From a virus (taxonomy: Duplodnaviria; Caudoviricetes), in IMG/VR virus record IMGVR_UViG_2928503688_000006, positions 5,660-69,659 of that record: a stretch of DNA of 64,000 bases; one strand, 5' to 3'. Shown here piece by piece: positions 53,448-62,110 of the stretch. The notes under the pieces were generated by a model, which searched no databases, was not told the DNA's origin, and was given only the letters and a program-made list of their open reading frames with translations. The translations under genes and the position numbers were made by a program. Position 1 is the first letter of the stretch. Each line of letters opens with the position of its first letter.

Positions 53448-55478
53448 ATGAAAAAGCTCATCACCGCTCTTGCGACGGCCCTGTTGGCATTCCCGACACT
53501 GGCGCAGACCTACCCATCGCCGACGTTCAATTCACTGACGCTGCAAAACCCGCTCACGCCGGAAAACGGCGGTACGGGCGCGTCTACGTCTACGGGAACC
53601 GGCTCCGTGGTGCTGTCCAGTTCGCCCGCGCTGACGACGCCAACGATTGCATCGCCGACGTTCACCGGCAGTTTTACCGCAACCGGCCTCGTCACGATTT
53701 CGGCTCTGGCGGCGCAGGCGGCGAATAGCGTCATTGCCAACGCAACTGGCTCAAACGCATCGCCTACCGCTTTCGCGATGCCGTCCTGCTCGACGTCCAC
53801 GAGCGCGCTGCAATGGACTAGCGGCACCGGATTCACCTGCTACACGAATTCCGCTTCGCTGACGGGTGCGACTTTTACTGGCGCTATCTCGGCTCAGGGC
53901 GTTACGACCACAACCTTCGCAGCCGCGACGTCAGCGACCGCGCCCACGCCGACCGCTGGCGATAACTCCACGAAGGTGGCGACGACTGCTTTTCTGGCAT
54001 CGAAAGGGTTTGCATATCAGCAATCGAACATCATTGCGATCGCTGCGAATACGACGCTGACAACCTCGCAACTTGGAGGTACAGCGCAATTCCAGGCAAA
54101 TGCAGCCATTGCGACGTTACCCGCTCTGTCTGGCGTCACGTTCGGTTCCACCATGACATTCATGGGGGGTGTGACTGGCGGGACGATCAAAGGCAATGCT
54201 GCTGAAGTCATCATCAACGCCGCCAGCACGTCTGCCAATACGCTATATGTTCCTCCTGGGCAGACTGTCACCGTCGTCTCGAATGGGTCAGGCAACGGAT
54301 GGTATGTCACCTCGACCGGAAAAGGAATCGTTCCTAGCAATTGCCAGAATGTAGCCGACTTCGGTGGAGACAATACTGGCGTTCGTGATAACTCGACGGC
54401 TGCGACCGCAGCCATTGCTGCGTCTCCGACTAGCAAGGCATGCATCTACTTCGGGCCGGGACTCTGGAAATTCACTAGCCAGATCACGTACTCATTCCCG
54501 GCATCGGCGGGCTCTATCAGCATTCTGGGCGCTGGTGCCGATACCACGGAATTGCAATTCGCGTCAGGCATCAATGGCATTGCCCTGTCGCTGCAAGGTT
54601 CGTCCTCGTCTTCCGGGACCGCCACGAGTTTTCATATCCGCAACCTGGCATTGACTACGACGGGGGCTGGTGCGGGCGGCGCTGCTATTGTCGCCGCGCA
54701 GCTTACGGGGACGATCCCTAACCCGGCTCCCACGGCACTCTCCGATATCACGGACGTCACGATTCGAGGATCGGACGGTTACTTCCAGTCGAACTACTGG
54801 AGTAACGCTATCGTTCTGAATCAGGTGTCCAATGTGAACTTCCGGGGGATGAATATCATCGGAAGCACCGCACAGTTGGGAGCAGGTGTAACGATCAACA
54901 GCACGAGCACCGCGCCCGGAGTGCAGTACAACTTCTCCGAGAGCAATTTCTACTCGATGGCAAGCGGCCTGATTCTTGGCACGTACACACAAGGCGTGAC
55001 GGTCAGTCAGTGCAATTTCACGGCGCAGAGTTATTCGGGGATTTATGTTCCGGCCGGCGAGACCGGAATGGACCAACTGACTATCGTTAATAGCCAGTTC
55101 GCCTCCCTGGTGGGTATCCGTATTTTATCGCAGTACCAGAATCTGATGGTGGCGCACAACCTATTCATCATCTTCAACACTGCTGGCAACGTCGGGATTT
55201 ACAATAGCGCCGCCGTGCTTTTCTCGTACATCGGGAATACGTTTCAGAACGTCAACGCCCCGACGCAGGGTAGCGCGCAGGGCATTTACGTCAACAACAC
55301 TTTCGGCGTAGGAGGCGTTATCAGCGGCAACGTATTCCGATATATGGCCCCGGCGATTTATCTGGACACTGCCGCATCGGGTGTGAACGTTCAATCGAAT
55401 TCGTACTTCAACAACAACACGAACGTCAGCAATAACGGCTCCGGGAACTGCCTGGGTTCGGTATGCAACTCTGATTAA
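53448..55478 (+). CDS. Signal-peptide-bearing tailspike-like beta-helix protein (putative depolymerase)
   Basis: MKKLITALATALLAFPTLA|Q; NVADFGGDNTG..D...A..AI...IYFGPG pectate-lyase-3-like start; N-rich helix repeats. Confidence 0.78.
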   Translation: MKKLITALATALLAFPTLAQTYPSPTFNSLTLQNPLTPENGGTGASTSTGTGSVVLSSSPALTTPTIASPTFTGSFTATGLVTISALAAQAANSVIANATGSNASPTAFAMPSCSTSTSALQWTSGTGFTCYTNSASLTGATFTGAISAQGVTTTTFAAATSATAPTPTAGDNSTKVATTAFLASKGFAYQQSNIIAIAANTTLTTSQLGGTAQFQANAAIATLPALSGVTFGSTMTFMGGVTGGTIKGNAAEVIINAASTSANTLYVPPGQTVTVVSNGSGNGWYVTSTGKGIVPSNCQNVADFGGDNTGVRDNSTAATAAIAASPTSKACIYFGPGLWKFTSQITYSFPASAGSISILGAGADTTELQFASGINGIALSLQGSSSSSGTATSFHIRNLALTTTGAGAGGAAIVAAQLTGTIPNPAPTALSDITDVTIRGSDGYFQSNYWSNAIVLNQVSNVNFRGMNIIGSTAQLGAGVTINSTSTAPGVQYNFSESNFYSMASGLILGTYTQGVTVSQCNFTAQSYSGIYVPAGETGMDQLTIVNSQFASLVGIRILSQYQNLMVAHNLFIIFNTAGNVGIYNSAAVLFSYIGNTFQNVNAPTQGSAQGIYVNNTFGVGGVISGNVFRYMAPAIYLDTAASGVNVQSNSYFNNNTNVSNNGSGNCLGSVCNSD

Positions 55479-56507
55479 CTACGCTACCAGTCTGCGCACG
55501 ATTGGCAGCCTGGTTGCCACCAGGCTGATTGCGGTGACGGCCCAGACCGGACATTGCGTCAGGATGAACGTCGTCACCGCCAGCTTGGTCTTATGGCGTC
55601 GCCCGGTATAGCGATTGGCAAGCACCATGCTCGTGTACTGCTTCAGGATGGATGCGACCTCCGTGCGATGCTCAGACCTGTCCTTGACGGCTTTCAGAGC
55701 GTCTCTGATGAATGCCCGGCCAAAGCGCGGAATCAGACAATCCCGGAAGTAGTATCGGGCACGGTCCTTGTCGTCGGGGAACATGCCAGCCAGTTTCGTG
55801 AAATAGCGGAACCGGCTGCGGCTCATGCGAACCGTGTACGAGGTGCTTTCCGGGTGGATGCACCAGACATACACCGATCGGTCGATGAAATAGTTGCTGT
55901 AGCCTTTGCGGAAGATGCGCAGGAAAAGATCATCATCTTCATAGCCCATGAACTGGGGATCGAAACCGCCCACCGATTCAAAAGCGATCCGCGAAATGAG
56001 GGCCGATCCGGGCGTGACGAACATGTCGTGACGCAACAGATCGACAATATCGTGCTTGGGGTGCGTCGCGTGTTCCTTGACCATGCTGGTACGAACGATA
56101 TTGCCGTCTCCATCCGCTTCCATCGCGTCGCCATAAACCCAGCCAAAACGGTGGTCATTCTTCGGAATGGCATGCGTCAATAGTTCGATGTGGTTGCGCA
56201 GATAGAAATCATCCTGATCCAGAAAACAGATGAAGTCAGACGTTGAGGCGGCCACGCCCGCATTACGTGCCGACCCCTGGCCGCCGTTTTCCTTGTCGAT
56301 GATGCGAAATGGGTAGTGCTCGGAAAACACCTGAAGCGCGGCCCGCTCGTCGGCATGGGAGCCGTCATTAACGACGATTACTTCATCAGCCGGCACGGTC
56401 TGATCGTAGATGCTTTGCAATGCGCGATCGATCCAGCGTGAACCGTTATAGAACGGCACGACCACGACGACCGTAGGCCTCGGAGCCTTGATTGTTTTCA
56501 GATTCAT
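55479..56507 (-). CDS. Glycosyltransferase family 2 (GT-A)
   Basis: VVVPFYN, VNDGS, NGGQGSARNAG, FLDQDD, YEDDDL. Confidence 0.93.
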   Translation of the reverse strand: MNLKTIKAPRPTVVVVVPFYNGSRWIDRALQSIYDQTVPADEVIVVNDGSHADERAALQVFSEHYPFRIIDKENGGQGSARNAGVAASTSDFICFLDQDDFYLRNHIELLTHAIPKNDHRFGWVYGDAMEADGDGNIVRTSMVKEHATHPKHDIVDLLRHDMFVTPGSALISRIAFESVGGFDPQFMGYEDDDLFLRIFRKGYSNYFIDRSVYVWCIHPESTSYTVRMSRSRFRYFTKLAGMFPDDKDRARYYFRDCLIPRFGRAFIRDALKAVKDRSEHRTEVASILKQYTSMVLANRYTGRRHKTKLAVTTFILTQCPVWAVTAISLVATRLPIVRRLVA

Positions 56508-56528
56508 GTTTCCCCCAAATTTGCCGCG

Positions 56529-56537
56529 ATTCTAGCA
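56529..56537 (-). promoter_or_regulatory. Extended -10 promoter for the GT2 gene
   Basis: TGC-TAGAAT about 20 nt upstream of ATG, with GGGGG RBS. Confidence 0.5.
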
Positions 56538-56564
56538 GAGCCGAGGCGACCAAAAACAATGCGG

Positions 56565-56867
56565 TCAGGCTGCGGCAGGATGCGCGCGCGGGATTTTGTC
56601 AAGCACGGCTGCGAGAGAATCCCTTGCCATTGCCGTGTCATGGTCCAGTTGAAGCCCGGTCCAGAATTCGTCGTTCACGCCGAAATAGCGCGACAGGCGC
56701 AGACCCGTATCGACCGTGATTGCGCGCGTACCAGCGATGATCTCGCTAATGCGCCCTTGCTGCACGCCAATATCCTTGGCGAGGCGGTAGGCGGTAATCC
56801 CCATCGGCCCGAGAAATTCCTCTTGCAGAATTTCTCCTGGCGTTGGGTACATGACTTCTCGCGTCAT
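56565..56867 (-). CDS. higA: HigA antitoxin (XRE HTH)
   Basis: PTPGEILQEEFL.PMGITAYRLAK...AITVDTGLRL...FW..LQ. Confidence 0.95.
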   Translation of the reverse strand: MTREVMYPTPGEILQEEFLGPMGITAYRLAKDIGVQQGRISEIIAGTRAITVDTGLRLSRYFGVNDEFWTGLQLDHDTAMARDSLAAVLDKIPRAHPAAA

Positions 56868-56880
56868 GATGTTTCTCCGG

Positions 56881-57159
56881 TTAGTGATAGTCAACAATCT
56901 CGACGTCAAAAGCGTTCCCGTTTTCGAACCGGAAGCAGACGCGCCATTGTCCGTTAATGCGGACACTGAACTTCCCCTTCCTGTCGCCCTTAAGTGCCTC
57001 AAGGCGGTTGTTCGGCGGAACGCGCAGATCATTCACGCTTGCTGCGCGGTTCAGCATTGCCAGTTTGCGCATTGCGACAGTTTCGATGTTGGCGAAACGG
57101 GCGATCCGCTTGCCAGCGAACATCGCTGAAGTGTCTGGGCATTTGAAGTTCGAGATCAT
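56881..57159 (-). CDS. higB: HigB toxin (RelE/ParE family)
   Basis: DLRVPPNNRLEALKGDRKGKFSVRINGQWRVCFRF...VEIVDYH. Confidence 0.95.
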   Translation of the reverse strand: MISNFKCPDTSAMFAGKRIARFANIETVAMRKLAMLNRAASVNDLRVPPNNRLEALKGDRKGKFSVRINGQWRVCFRFENGNAFDVEIVDYH

Positions 57160-57165
57160 GTAGAA

Positions 57166-57195
57166 GATAGTATCGCATAGCGTTAGTATCGTCAA
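57166..57195 (-). promoter_or_regulatory. higBA promoter with palindromic operator
   Basis: TTGACG-N17-TACTAT; imperfect 25-bp dyad GATAGTATCGCATAGCGTTAGTATC. Confidence 0.75.
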
Positions 57196-57257
57196 GCAAT
57201 ATCAAAAAATTATTTGGCCCTCTGCGGAGGGCTTTTTCATTTTCATCCGGGATTTTC

Positions 57258-57587
57258 ATGGATTACACCGCCGTAGTTGAGGTTGGTTGCGCAGGGTTCG
57301 CGGTCGTCAGCGGTGTTTTCGGGTGGCTCTGGCAGCGCTCAGAGGGTCAGCGCGACAGGACAATTCACGAACATGGCGAAGCCATCAAGAGCGTCACCAA
57401 TGCGCTCAGTGCTTACAAGCTTCACGTGGCCGAACACTACGTCACGCAGACCGAGCTAACCAAGGCGGTAGGTAGCCTAGAGAAGTCGATTGAACGCCTG
57501 ATTGAAGCGGTGAACCAGAATTCGAAAGAGACGCGGGAGGGTTTCGCTGAAATCCATCGGCGTATCGATACCAAGGCGGACAAATGA
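57258..57587 (+). CDS. Holin-like protein (one TM plus coiled coil)
   Basis: N-terminal TM; directly before endolysin. Confidence 0.55.
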   Translation: MDYTAVVEVGCAGFAVVSGVFGWLWQRSEGQRDRTIHEHGEAIKSVTNALSAYKLHVAEHYVTQTELTKAVGSLEKSIERLIEAVNQNSKETREGFAEIHRRIDTKADK

Positions 57588-58030
57588 CCCCCGACGACTT
57601 CATCAAGGCTGTTTCGCCGGCCGCTAAGACATCCGCCAAGACGACCAAGATTCCTGCCAGCTTCACCGTGGCTCAAGGCGCGCTTGAATCCGCGTGGGGA
57701 GCGCATGCGCCCGGTATGAACCTGTTCGGCATCAAGGCCGATCCTTCGTGGAAAGGTCCGGTCACAACGCAGATTACTCATGAAGTGGTCAACGGGAAGA
57801 CCATCATGATTACGGCCAAGTTTCGTGCGTACACCGATTGGCTAGGATCGATCAATGACCACGCACAATTCCTGTTGACGAACAAGCGATATCAGCCCGC
57901 GTTCGCATACACAACTGGCGCCCTCTTCGCCCAGGCAGTCGCGGCAGCCGGTTACGCGACCGATCCCCTCTACGCTCAAAAGATCGTGTCGATTATCAAG
58001 GCGCACAACCTCGGCATGTTGGACGTTTAA
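57584..58030 (+). CDS. Endolysin, GH73 (FlgJ-like glucosaminidase/muramidase)
   Basis: AQGALESAWG, NLFGIKA, GYATDPLYAQK. Confidence 0.9.
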   Translation: MTPDDFIKAVSPAAKTSAKTTKIPASFTVAQGALESAWGAHAPGMNLFGIKADPSWKGPVTTQITHEVVNGKTIMITAKFRAYTDWLGSINDHAQFLLTNKRYQPAFAYTTGALFAQAVAAAGYATDPLYAQKIVSIIKAHNLGMLDV

Positions 58031-58088
58031 CTGCCACGCGCATAAACGCCAAAAATCAGCCACACAAATATCAACGCCCAAAGGAATC

Positions 58089-58517
58089 ATGGCGACTACG
58101 ACTCCATTAGACATTCCGACATGGAACTTCACAATCAAGCAGAACGCGGACTGGTCGCCGGTTCTCACGTGGCGCAATGACAACGGCAGTCCGGTGGATC
58201 TGACCAACTACGCGATGAAGTTGGCGATCAAGGCGTATGCGAACAGTCCCATTTCGATTATCGAACTGGATAGCGCAAGTTCGTCCGGGAGCCGGATTGT
58301 TCTGGGCGGCACAGCCGGAACGATTCAACTCGTCTTTGCCCATGCCGATACAAAGACCATCACGCCGATAGGCCTGCCGCTGCCGGGCTCATCATTGACT
58401 GGCGGGGGTCGCACTTATTCCCTGGGTGTCTACGATCTTCAATACGTCGATCCGCTCGGCGATATCGGGTATCTGGTTCAGGGCAACCCATCTATCAGCC
58501 TGGCGGTAACGATATGA
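58089..58517 (+). CDS. Ig-like/BppU-type tail adaptor
   Basis: FTIKQNADW, PVDLTNY, G.I.L, YDLQ pattern. Confidence 0.6.
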   Translation: MATTTPLDIPTWNFTIKQNADWSPVLTWRNDNGSPVDLTNYAMKLAIKAYANSPISIIELDSASSSGSRIVLGGTAGTIQLVFAHADTKTITPIGLPLPGSSLTGGGRTYSLGVYDLQYVDPLGDIGYLVQGNPSISLAVTI

Positions 58518-58891
58518 GCACGCTGGAAATTAGCGTAGACGGAACAAGCCAACTCATCCAGATCGGCTCGCTCAGCGCTGCCGTGAATCAGCAGATTACG
58601 CAGGCGGTGGCTAGTGCTAGTGCTAGTGCGGCGACGGCGACGACGCAGGCTGGCATCGCGACTGCTGCGGCATCGTCTGCATCAGGGTCTGCGGGCACGG
58701 CCACATCAGCAGCGACCACAGCAACTGCAGCAGCCGATACGGCAACTACGGAAGCGGGGATTGCGACGTCCGCTGCTAATTCAGCCGCCGCAAGCGCGGC
58801 ACTCGCCAATCTGTTCTCGGCAGGCGTGACCGATCTCGGATCAATCACTTCCGCTCCGATTCAAACCTTCGATATGGGCTCCATCACATGA
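58514..58891 (+). CDS. Ala/Ser/Thr-rich linker protein
   Basis: SASASAATATTQAG repeats; DLGSIT/DMGSIT end. Confidence 0.6.
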   Translation: MSTLEISVDGTSQLIQIGSLSAAVNQQITQAVASASASAATATTQAGIATAAASSASGSAGTATSAATTATAAADTATTEAGIATSAANSAAASAALANLFSAGVTDLGSITSAPIQTFDMGSIT

Positions 58892-59319
58892 GTAATGCAT
58901 TGCAGTTGCGACGCGGCACGGCAGCGCAGACCGTGACATTTACCGGAGCAGTCGGAGAAGTGACGGTTAGCACGGACGATCATGTCTTGCACTTGCATGA
59001 CGGAGCGACAGCGGGCGGCTGGATTGTTCAGAGCCCGCTCACGCAGCGCCTGTTGCAATGGGCATATACGAGCGCCTTCCAATTAGTGTCCGCAACTCGA
59101 GATGCCAATGAGGCAATCGTGACCGCATCAATCGTATGGCCGGACGGTGCGACGGGGACATTCACAACCGACGTCGCCAGCACCGCTTTTCCCGGCGCGA
59201 TCGACGCGTGGCACGCGACATACGTGCTTGGCGGCGTCACAAAGACAGTCACGCAACCAACCGTAACACGAGACGCCAACGGCGCAGTAACGGCGCAACC
59301 AGCAATCACAATCGCATAA
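58888..59319 (+). CDS. Mtd-N/hyaluronidase-N-like anchor domain protein
   Basis: LQLRRGT.....FTGAVGEVTVSTD...L.LHDGATAGG. Confidence 0.75.
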   Translation: MSNALQLRRGTAAQTVTFTGAVGEVTVSTDDHVLHLHDGATAGGWIVQSPLTQRLLQWAYTSAFQLVSATRDANEAIVTASIVWPDGATGTFTTDVASTAFPGAIDAWHATYVLGGVTKTVTQPTVTRDANGAVTAQPAITIA

Positions 59320-59328
59320 GGCCAGACA

Positions 59329-61077
59329 ATGGGAATTCTTGACGCACCTGGCATCGCTAACCGTGACCTTCCTGGGGCGAATGCCGTTCGAGCAGGTATC
59401 GACAATACGGGTGTAGCGGCTGCCAATACAGCGCTCTATAACCTGCTTTATCTGACGGGGAATGTCTATTTACCACCCGGCACGTACCTCCTTCCCAGCA
59501 CTTTTCAGCCACCGTCAAACTGCGTTTTAACTGGTGTGCGGCCAACATATACGATGGATGGTTCTGGCGGGGGCACCTTCTCGGGTGGCAGCGTCCTGAA
59601 AGGCAGCGGCGCGGCCGTCATCGACGTAGGCGGCAAGCAGAACGTGACCCTGCGCGGCTTCGGAGTATGGGCCACTAACGTAGCAGGAAATGGGGTGCAG
59701 GGCATTGGCCCAACCACGCAGTCCATACACTGCGATGGGCTGATCACGTTCGCCGCGAACCACAACTATCTCTTCGAGCAAAGCGGCAGTGATCCGAACG
59801 GCGCGATGGGTGGCGGCCATCTGATCGAGAACGGGGAAATGCACGGCGGCCCGAACGGTGTCGCTATCAAGGCCCTGAATACGGTTGTGCGCAACATGAT
59901 CGCCCACGACATCACGTCGCAAGCGTACGTCGCAGTGTCGGACAATATCAACGGCAATGCGCTGTACAGCCGCGCCCAGAATGTAGTGTTTCAAAATTGC
60001 GTTGTGGGGCAGCGCGTGGCCTATGGCGCTCACGTCTACAGCCGCGACACGCGCAGCATCACGAACGCGAATGGTGTGCTGCCGGCCAAGAATATCCGCT
60101 TCATCGGAGGCAGCTATTCAGGCGCCCTGCAACATGGGCTGATGATCGGCGACGAGGTGACGATCGAAACCACAGTGTTGCCCGGCTCCGGCGCAGCGGG
60201 GCAAACTCGCCTGCTCACGCAAGACGTGCTCGTTGATACCGAGTTCTCGACGAATGCATGGAACGGTATTCGCGTGGTCACCTGCGGCAGCCTGCGCATT
60301 CGCGGCTCGACGGGCGGCAACGGCACGGCGGGGACCGTGAGCGGCACCAACTATACGAACAACAACATCAGTGCCGATACGACAGGAAGCCTGCAACAGG
60401 GCGGTTTCGCCGTGCAGGACATGCAGATCAGCGCCGATCTGATTGTTGGCGGCACGGCAGTTGGCCTTGAAATCCAGTCGCTGACGATTCCAGCGGCCAC
60501 GGCCACGGTTAATGTCTCGGCGCGCGCTCAGGTCTACAAGACCACCAACACCGGCGCATTCAATATCACCGGCGTGACGGGTGCGAAGCTCGGGCAGGAG
60601 TTCTGGGTTCAGATCAACGACAACTTCTCGACCGTGCAGCTTGCCACGAATACGCCCCAGTTCGTCGGCATTGGAACGCTTGTCCGGTATCGTTGCGTCG
60701 ATAGCAGCGGAACCATGCTGCTCATTGGCGCGTTTGAGCCGCTTGGCAAGACTGAGGTGAACCGTGCATACAACGCAGCGTTCAGCCACAACACGACAAT
60801 CGGCCAGCAAAACCAGTTCGTCAACGTGACCGGGAATATCGCGTCGATAACGCTATTCCAGCCGCTCGTGCCGCTGGGACGACCGGGCTTTACGTTGAGA
60901 CTGGTCAATAGCACTGGCGGCGCATTCACGATCGGCACATGGGACGTGAAATATAAATGGCCGGCCAAGCAATTCCCAACTGGCGCTCCAACGTCCATCC
61001 CGGCTAATTCGACCTTGTTAGTCGAGTGGTATTGGGATAGTGGCTCTATGGTCGGCAAGGATTCCTGGGTGTATTAA
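59329..61077 (+). CDS. Second tailspike-like beta-helix protein
   Basis: DNTG..A...AL...VYLPPGTY start; G/N-rich parallel beta repeats. Confidence 0.75.
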   Translation: MGILDAPGIANRDLPGANAVRAGIDNTGVAAANTALYNLLYLTGNVYLPPGTYLLPSTFQPPSNCVLTGVRPTYTMDGSGGGTFSGGSVLKGSGAAVIDVGGKQNVTLRGFGVWATNVAGNGVQGIGPTTQSIHCDGLITFAANHNYLFEQSGSDPNGAMGGGHLIENGEMHGGPNGVAIKALNTVVRNMIAHDITSQAYVAVSDNINGNALYSRAQNVVFQNCVVGQRVAYGAHVYSRDTRSITNANGVLPAKNIRFIGGSYSGALQHGLMIGDEVTIETTVLPGSGAAGQTRLLTQDVLVDTEFSTNAWNGIRVVTCGSLRIRGSTGGNGTAGTVSGTNYTNNNISADTTGSLQQGGFAVQDMQISADLIVGGTAVGLEIQSLTIPAATATVNVSARAQVYKTTNTGAFNITGVTGAKLGQEFWVQINDNFSTVQLATNTPQFVGIGTLVRYRCVDSSGTMLLIGAFEPLGKTEVNRAYNAAFSHNTTIGQQNQFVNVTGNIASITLFQPLVPLGRPGFTLRLVNSTGGAFTIGTWDVKYKWPAKQFPTGAPTSIPANSTLLVEWYWDSGSMVGKDSWVY

Positions 61078-61111
61078 GGCCGCATCCACATAACTCCCCC
61101 CCATTCCACCC

Positions 61112-61135
61112 AGCCCCGCCACGTGCGGGCTTTTT
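61112..61135 (+). terminator. Rho-independent terminator
   Basis: CCCGC/GCGGG stem followed by T5. Confidence 0.7.
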
Positions 61136-61151
61136 CGTTTCTGGAGTACTC

Positions 61152-61367
61152 ATGAACGCATCAACTGCCTTGAATACCGGTGGCATCACCGTAAGCGCCG
61201 CCACGCTTGAACCTGCTGTTAGCTGGGCGCTCTCCGCACTCGTGCATGTTCCTGTGCCGGAAAGCGTATCCGTGCTGGTGACGGGCCTGCTCGGTGCGGC
61301 TGTCCATGCTGGTATCGACTTCATCAAGAATCGTGCTGCGGCTAAAGCTGCGCCTGCTGCGCAATAA
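61152..61367 (+). CDS. Small two-TM protein (second holin-like)
   Basis: GGAG RBS; two hydrophobic segments; basic tail. Confidence 0.55.
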   Translation: MNASTALNTGGITVSAATLEPAVSWALSALVHVPVPESVSVLVTGLLGAAVHAGIDFIKNRAAAKAAPAAQ

Positions 61368-61430
61368 CTGTCCATTTTCCTGCGCTGTTCGTTTTCTACG
61401 GACAACGTTCAAAACCATACAAGGATCGTC

Positions 61431-61856
61431 ATGAAACGTCTTTCCATGCTGCTCGCGGCAGGCCTAGTCGCGCTCGTTTCCGGCTGCGCCACCAATGGCA
61501 CCGTCAAGACTCCCGCGCAGATCGCCGCTCAGGTGTGCCCTCCGACGACTACGGCTATCACGTCGCTGCAAGCCGTGGTCGGTCTGAGTGACGAAGCCAA
61601 GGCCAAGCTTGCCGAAGCCGCGCCGATCGTCGCCGCCGTCTGTTCTGCTGGCTCAAGCGTGACTGTCGTTGATCTGAAGTCGCTCGGCGCAACCGCTCTG
61701 CCTGCCGTTATGGCAGTCGTCAATGCTTCGCCGCTGTCGGATCAGGACAAGACGAAGATTGGTATCGACCTGACCGTTGCGCAAATCGTGCTGTCTAGCG
61801 TGCTGGCTTCGTTGCCTGCTGCGGCTGAGCCGGCCTCTGCTGCATCGGGTGTGTGA
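61431..61856 (+). CDS. Lipoprotein (possible lysis accessory)
   Basis: Lipobox LVSG-C; further Cys pair. Confidence 0.75.
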   Translation: MKRLSMLLAAGLVALVSGCATNGTVKTPAQIAAQVCPPTTTAITSLQAVVGLSDEAKAKLAEAAPIVAAVCSAGSSVTVVDLKSLGATALPAVMAVVNASPLSDQDKTKIGIDLTVAQIVLSSVLASLPAAAEPASAASGV

Positions 61857-62110
61857 TGATCGGGCGCCGAGTCTATAACAAGTCTCCGCATGAGCTTGAG
61901 CCGGGCGATTATGGCCGATGGGATGCCGACAAGGACAACTGGTATGCATGCGTGCCTGATGGCAAGCTTGCGAACCTGACCGCCCATGCAGTTGTTGAGC
62001 ACCAAGACGGTTCGATTACGGTCAGTCCGTCAATCCTCGTTACGCAGTCGAATGAATCTCCGCCCGAATGGCATGGCTGGCTGGAGCGCGGCGTCTGGAG
62101 GTCGGTATGA
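61853..62110 (+). CDS. DUF6527-like small protein
   Basis: GSITVSPSILV...WHGWLERGVW. Confidence 0.55.
   Translation: MMIGRRVYNKSPHELEPGDYGRWDADKDNWYACVPDGKLANLTAHAVVEHQDGSITVSPSILVTQSNESPPEWHGWLERGVWRSV

Noticed and set aside
58888-61077. Diversity-generating retroelement suggested by the Mtd-N-like domain
   Set aside because: No reverse transcriptase, and no template/variable repeat pair differing at adenines was seen in the window.
61152-61856. Classical Rz/Rz1 spanin pair
   Set aside because: No embedded or overlapping i-spanin/o-spanin arrangement; the lipoprotein's role in lysis remains unproven.
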